From the sequence record CAXMZX020000754.1: a DNA stretch of 32,000 bases; one strand, 5' to 3'. This document shows, one piece after another, positions 26,767-32,000 of this stretch. The first letter of the stretch is position 1. Every line of letters starts with the position of its first letter. The notes beneath the pieces are model-generated. The model was not told the DNA's origin. It made no database searches and saw only the letters and a list, made by a program, of their open reading frames with translations. Position numbers and translations under genes: made by a program.

Positions 26767-29700
26767 ATGAAAAATTATATAGAAAAAAGAAAAGAAAAAT
26801 CTCCAATAATTCTTCCTGATTTATCAGAAGTTCAACGAATAAGTTTTTGTTGGTTTCTAACTGAAGGATTACCTGAAGAATTAACAAATTGTCCTTCCAT
26901 TTTAAATGATAATAGTGGCATTGAACTAATAATTTATGGCCAAGAATATAAGATATATTACCCTGGTTTTGCAGTTTTAAATGCTTTAACAAAAAAAGGA
27001 AACTATAATTTGAGGGTTTATGTTTTAATGTCACTAAAAAAAAATCCAATAATAAAAAATGACAAGGTACAACCAGAAGACTTCTCAAAAAAACAGCGAG
27101 TGTTTTTTGGGGAAATCCCTCTCCTAACTGAGAAAAGTACTTTTATCTTTAATGGTTGTGAAAGAGTTATTATTAGTCAAATAATTCGAAGTCCTGGTGT
27201 TTATTATAAGGAGATAATAAAAGATAAAAAAGTATCTTATGAAGGAACTATCATTTCTAAATATGGCTCATGGTTAACCTTTGAATTAGAATATAATCTA
27301 ATTTGGGTTAAATTGGATAAACAATATAAAATACCTCTTAATTGGTTTTTAGTAGGTTTTTCATTAGAAGAATCTGAAGTTCATCAAACTGTTCAAAATT
27401 TTGAATTTTTAATAAAAAGTTTAGCAGCTATGCGTTCAGTTATTTTTAGTAAGATGGTGCCAGCCCCTAAAAAAGCTAAGTCAATTTTTAATAAAATTAA
27501 CTCTGATGAAGATATAACAAAAGACAAGGAATATAATGAGGCTTATAATAGAAGTATATTATTAACTATTTTTAGAGTACAAGAACTGATAACTGAACGT
27601 CTTTTAGATAAAAGTGTATATGATTTAGGTGAAGTTGGCCGTATTAAGCTTAATAAAAAATTGAATATTAATTTACCACCAACTAAAAGAACTTTAACCT
27701 CTTTAGATATCTTGAAAGTTATTGATAAATTGATTCATATTAGCTTTTATAATGAAAAGCTTGATGATATAGATAATTTAGAAAACAGAAGAGTTCGTTC
27801 AGTAGGTGAATTATTACAACTTCAAGTACGTGTAGCTCTTGCACGAATAAAAAAAAAAATTAATACGGACGAGAAATTAACTCCAGATATGTTTCGTATA
27901 AAGAAAAAAAAATCTACTATAAACAAAGGATCTAAAACTAAAGAAACTAAAAAAAAAATCCTTTCAAAGGAAACGTTAATGCCTAATCAGTTATTAAACT
28001 CAAAAGTTTTAACCTCAGTTATAAGAGAATTTTTCGGGTTAAGCCCGTTATCACAATATTTTGATGAGGTAAATGCTTTAGCACAATTGACACATAAGCG
28101 AAGAATTAGCTCTTTAGGTCCAGGAGGATTGAATAGTGAACATGTTAGTTTTGCAGCACGAGATATTCATCCAACACAATATGGTAGATTATGTCCAATT
28201 GAAACTCCAGAAGGACAAAAAGCAGGTTTAATTGCATCTTTAGCAACTCATGCCAGAATTAATAAATATGGCTTTATCACAACTCCTTTTTTCAAAGTTT
28301 ATAAAGGAAAAGTAATTTATTCAGCGGGACCTGTTCATTTAACTGCTGAACAGGAAGCTAATTATAATGTTGCTTCAGGTGATATTTTTTTAGGAGAAAA
28401 AAATTTTTTTAAAACAAGAACTGTTGATGTACGTTCGTTTAATGAATTCATAACCGTCGATGCGAGTAATGTTAATTTTTTAGCAGTTTCACCTATACAA
28501 ATACTTGCAGTAGGAGCTTCTTTAATACCATTTTTAGAACATGATGATGCTAACCGAGCTTTAATGGGATCAAATATGCAAAGACAAGCAGTTCCATTAT
28601 TATATCCCAAAAAACCTATTATTGGTACTGGTATTGAACACCAAATTGCTTCAGATTCTCAAGTAGTCTTAATAAATTTATTAAATGGGGTTACCGATTC
28701 AGTATCTTCAGACCGGATTAGAATTCTGGATAATAAAAATCTTGGAAGTTCTAAAATGTATTTTTTAGATAAATATCGTCGTTCAAACCAAGAAACTATA
28801 ATTAATCAAAAACCTTTAATTTGGAATGGTGAGGTTGTAAAGCCTGGTCAAATTATTGCAGATGGCCCTGGAACGGAAGGGGGTGAACTCGCTTTAGGAC
28901 AAAATTTAACAGTGGCTTATATGCCATGGGATGGCTACAATTTTGAAGATGCTATTTTAGTTAGTGAAAGATTAGTTCAAGATGATCTTTTTACATCAAT
29001 CCATATAGAAAAATATGAACTTCAACTTATAGATGAGCATGAAACTATAGAAGAAATAACAACTGTAATACCAAATATTGACAAAGAGGAGATTGAAAAT
29101 TTAGATAGTAACGGTATAATAAAAAAAGGGACATTTGTTAATGGGGGTGATATTTTAGTTGGAAAGATTACACCTATGCTTGAAGAAGATGAATTACCTG
29201 AAAGTAGATTATTAAGGGCAATCTTTAATATTGAATCACCAGAGCCAGAAGACTCCTCTTTACGAGTTCCAAATGGTATTTCTGGACGAGTTATAGAAAT
29301 ACAAACAGCGTCACGTGAAAAAGGTGACAATTTAGAAACAGGTGTTTCTCAATGGGTCTGTATTTCAATAGCTCAAATAAAAAAAATTCGGATCGGTGAT
29401 AAACTTTCAGGACGACATGGTAACAAAGGCGTTATTTCAAAAATAATTCCAACCCATGATATGCCATTTTTACCTGACGGTACAATAGTAGATGTTATCT
29501 TAAATCCTTTAGGCGTTCCTTCAAGGATGAATGTAGGTCAAATTTTTGAATGTTTATTAGCTTTTGCAGGTGATTACTTAAACCGTAGATTTAAAGTAAT
29601 GCCGTTTGATGAAATGTATAAACCAAATGCTTCACGGATACTTATTAATAAATCCTTAAAACAAGCAGCCAAAAAAGCTAATAAATCTTGGCTATTTAAT

Positions 29701-30192
29701 AAATTCTCTCCTGGAAAAATTTTATTAACTGATGGAAGAACTGGTGACGTCTTCGATAATTCAGTTTTAGTTGGGAAACCGTATATTTTAAAACTTATTC
29801 ATTTGGTTGATAAAAAAATGCACGCACGTTCAACAGGTTCTTATTCTCTAGTTACTCAACAACCCTTAGGAGGGAAATCAAAACATGGAGGACAAAGGTT
29901 TGGAGAAATGGAAGTCTGGGCCTTAGAAGCTTTTGGTGTAGCTTATACTTTGCAAGAATTGTTAACTATAAAATCAGATGATATCAATGGACGACATGAA
30001 GTCTTTACTGCTATTATTAAAGGTCAAAATATACCAGAACCAGGTATTCCAGAATCTTTTAACGTTCTGCTTCGTGAATTAAATGCCTTAGGATTAGATA
30101 TGACAACTCACGAAATTGGTAAATTAGATAATGGTGAAATGACGTCTTATAAAGTTAATTTATTAACTCTTCTTGAGCCAAAATTAGTTTAA
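26767..30192 (+). CDS. rpoB: RNA polymerase beta subunit
   Basis: 1141 aa with conserved blocks such as THKRRISSLGPGGL, RDIHPTQYGRLCPIETPEG, GRHGNKGVISKI and GGQRFGEMEVWALEAFG. Confidence 0.95.
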   Translation: MKNYIEKRKEKSPIILPDLSEVQRISFCWFLTEGLPEELTNCPSILNDNSGIELIIYGQEYKIYYPGFAVLNALTKKGNYNLRVYVLMSLKKNPIIKNDKVQPEDFSKKQRVFFGEIPLLTEKSTFIFNGCERVIISQIIRSPGVYYKEIIKDKKVSYEGTIISKYGSWLTFELEYNLIWVKLDKQYKIPLNWFLVGFSLEESEVHQTVQNFEFLIKSLAAMRSVIFSKMVPAPKKAKSIFNKINSDEDITKDKEYNEAYNRSILLTIFRVQELITERLLDKSVYDLGEVGRIKLNKKLNINLPPTKRTLTSLDILKVIDKLIHISFYNEKLDDIDNLENRRVRSVGELLQLQVRVALARIKKKINTDEKLTPDMFRIKKKKSTINKGSKTKETKKKILSKETLMPNQLLNSKVLTSVIREFFGLSPLSQYFDEVNALAQLTHKRRISSLGPGGLNSEHVSFAARDIHPTQYGRLCPIETPEGQKAGLIASLATHARINKYGFITTPFFKVYKGKVIYSAGPVHLTAEQEANYNVASGDIFLGEKNFFKTRTVDVRSFNEFITVDASNVNFLAVSPIQILAVGASLIPFLEHDDANRALMGSNMQRQAVPLLYPKKPIIGTGIEHQIASDSQVVLINLLNGVTDSVSSDRIRILDNKNLGSSKMYFLDKYRRSNQETIINQKPLIWNGEVVKPGQIIADGPGTEGGELALGQNLTVAYMPWDGYNFEDAILVSERLVQDDLFTSIHIEKYELQLIDEHETIEEITTVIPNIDKEEIENLDSNGIIKKGTFVNGGDILVGKITPMLEEDELPESRLLRAIFNIESPEPEDSSLRVPNGISGRVIEIQTASREKGDNLETGVSQWVCISIAQIKKIRIGDKLSGRHGNKGVISKIIPTHDMPFLPDGTIVDVILNPLGVPSRMNVGQIFECLLAFAGDYLNRRFKVMPFDEMYKPNASRILINKSLKQAAKKANKSWLFNKFSPGKILLTDGRTGDVFDNSVLVGKPYILKLIHLVDKKMHARSTGSYSLVTQQPLGGKSKHGGQRFGEMEVWALEAFGVAYTLQELLTIKSDDINGRHEVFTAIIKGQNIPEPGIPESFNVLLRELNALGLDMTTHEIGKLDNGEMTSYKVNLLTLLEPKLV

Positions 30193-30228
30193 GATTATAA
30201 ACATAGATATTTAAAAAAAAAAAAAAAA

Positions 30229-32000
30229 ATGAAAAATTTAAAACAAAAGTTTGATTATGTAAAAATTAATTTGGCTTCTCCTGAACGTATTAGAGAATGG
30301 GCTGAAAAAGTTTTACCTGATGGGGAAATAGTTGGTGAGGTTACTGAACCAGAAACAATTAATTATCGTACCCACAAACCTGAACCGGGTGGGTTATTTT
30401 GTGAAAAAATATTTGGGCCTGTTAAAAATTGGGAATGTACTTGTGGTTTACATAAATATAAAACAAAGGATATTTTTTTTTGTGAAGTTTGTGGTGTCGA
30501 ATTAACAGAAGCCCGAGTTCGTAGGCATCGTATGGGCTATGTTAAGTTATTATCGCCAGTTGTTCATATTTGGTACCTAAAAGGATTACCAAGCCTTTTG
30601 TCAACTATGTTATCTTTGCCTATAAATGAACTTGAATCTGTTATCTACAATGGTAAAGATCCAGACCAAGATGAAGATGAAGATGAAGCTATAGCAAAAT
30701 ATGAGGAGATTTTTCTATCATCTTTTTATGATACGCAAGGTGAAGGCTTTTATTATGGTAAAAAACGTCAAGGTGCTGAAATTCTCTATGATGAATTAAA
30801 AAAAATTAATTTAAAAGTAGAAATTGAAAAGAATCGTAATATAATGTTTTTTGAGACTTCTAAAAAAAAAGTTGAAACTGCAATCAAAAAAATTCGGTTA
30901 TTTGAAAATTTTTTAACCACATGTACGAGGCCAGAATGGGTGGTATTCTATTTCCTTCCTGTTCTTCCCCCTGGTATTCGTCCTATCATAAAATTAGATA
31001 ATGGTCGATTTGCTACTTCAGATTTAAATGAACTTTACCGAAAAGTTATTATTAGAAATAAAAGACTAAAACGACTTATATCTGTTCATGCTCCTAGTGT
31101 TGTTATTTCAACTGAAAAACGAATGATTCAAGAGGCAGTAGACACACTTATTGATAACGGTAAACGAGGTTCCAAGATATTAGATGCGAATAGAAGACCT
31201 TTAAAATCATTAGCTGATATTATTGAAGGGAAACAAGGTAGATTTCGTCAAAACCTATTAGGGAAACGAGTCGATTACTCGGGACGTTCAGTAATTATTG
31301 TAGGTCCTAAACTTAAGTTGAACCAATGTGGTTTACCATACGAGATGGCGATTGAATTATTTTTACCTTTTATTATTTATAGATTACTTTCACAAGGGTT
31401 ATCACATTCAATAAAAAGAGCTAAAAAAATTATCTATGGTAATGAACCCTTTATTTGGTATCTAACTGAAGAAATTTTAAAAAAACATCCAATTATTCTC
31501 AACCGTGCACCAACTTTACATCGTTTAGGGGTTCAAGCTTTTGACCCAGTACTAATAAGGGGGCGTGCCATTCAGTTACATCCTCTTGTTTGTTCGTCTT
31601 TTAATGCAGACTTTGATGGGGATCAAATGGCTGTACATATCCCTTTATCTTTTGAATCTCAATTAGAAACAAGGTTATGCCTATTAGCACCTAATAATTT
31701 TTTATCCCCATCTAGTGGTGAACCAACTCTTCAACCATCACAAGATATGGTTTTAGGATTCTATTATTTGACTACTCAAAATAGAAAAAACTTGAAAGGT
31801 TCAACTAATTACTTTTCTAATTTTAATGAAGTAATCTCTGCATATGAGCAAAAACAATTACAGATACATTCTTCTATTTGGGTTCGTTGCCCGAATGATA
31901 TAAACTTGGATAGCCCATTAAAGTTTATAAAAAAAATTAATCTGTCAAATAAAAATATTCTTGTTATTTATAATAATTTACAACGAAAAGAAACAATGAC
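30229..32000 (+). CDS. rpoC1: RNA polymerase beta' subunit N-terminal part (RpoC1), truncated by the window end
   Basis: The ORF is open from the ATG at 30229 to the window end, so it is missing from the ORF track. It contains MKNLKQKFDYVKINLASPERIREWAE..., a Zn-finger C.CG...C..CGVE, NRAPTLHRLG and NADFDGDQMAVH. Confidence 0.9.
   Translation, partial: MKNLKQKFDYVKINLASPERIREWAEKVLPDGEIVGEVTEPETINYRTHKPEPGGLFCEKIFGPVKNWECTCGLHKYKTKDIFFCEVCGVELTEARVRRHRMGYVKLLSPVVHIWYLKGLPSLLSTMLSLPINELESVIYNGKDPDQDEDEDEAIAKYEEIFLSSFYDTQGEGFYYGKKRQGAEILYDELKKINLKVEIEKNRNIMFFETSKKKVETAIKKIRLFENFLTTCTRPEWVVFYFLPVLPPGIRPIIKLDNGRFATSDLNELYRKVIIRNKRLKRLISVHAPSVVISTEKRMIQEAVDTLIDNGKRGSKILDANRRPLKSLADIIEGKQGRFRQNLLGKRVDYSGRSVIIVGPKLKLNQCGLPYEMAIELFLPFIIYRLLSQGLSHSIKRAKKIIYGNEPFIWYLTEEILKKHPIILNRAPTLHRLGVQAFDPVLIRGRAIQLHPLVCSSFNADFDGDQMAVHIPLSFESQLETRLCLLAPNNFLSPSSGEPTLQPSQDMVLGFYYLTTQNRKNLKGSTNYFSNFNEVISAYEQKQLQIHSSIWVRCPNDINLDSPLKFIKKINLSNKNILVIYNNLQRKETM

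Noticed and set aside
1-32000. A novel multi-gene system, defence island, mobile element, CRISPR array or horizontally acquired cluster
   Set aside because: Every sizeable ORF is assignable to a standard plastid housekeeping or photosynthesis family. There are no transposase, integrase or nuclease genes, no direct-repeat arrays and no compositional break. Claiming a new system would not be supported by the sequence.

Overview
This strongly AT-rich, gene-dense window reads as a plastid genome segment of the red lineage (a rhodophyte or a red-alga-derived plastid). I can support 32 protein genes. Photosynthesis and cytochrome genes: ccsA, psbK, petG, petN, petM, psbX, psbV, petJ, psbI, psaD, ccs1. 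Chlorophyll synthesis: acsF, ycf54, chlB. Chaperones, secretion and import: groEL, dnaK, secA, secG, ycf60/Tic20-like. Translation and transcription: rpl19, rpl20, rpl27, rpl34, rpl35, rps20, rpoB, partial rpoC1. Others: thiG, ycf42 peroxiredoxin, ycf46, ycf66, one orphan ORF. There are also 10 tRNAs, a tmRNA (ssrA) and a possible divergent rnpB. The standard genetic code is used; TGA serves as a stop in rpl35 and ycf60. Several genes end in long AT-rich inverted repeats that start at or just after the stop codon. I see no mobile element, CRISPR array, defence island or foreign gene cluster, and I do not think the window holds a new multi-gene system. The unusual items are small-scale. They are a CAU-anticodon tRNA with a class-II-like long variable arm, an ORF-free GC-richer island that may be an RNase P RNA, and a perfect Shine-Dalgarno plus 2-codon mini-ORF in the acsF leader. 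Also unusual are a Lys-rich N-terminal extension on ycf54 and recurrent stem mismatches in several tRNAs. All calls come from reading the sequence and remembered family motifs; no searches were run.
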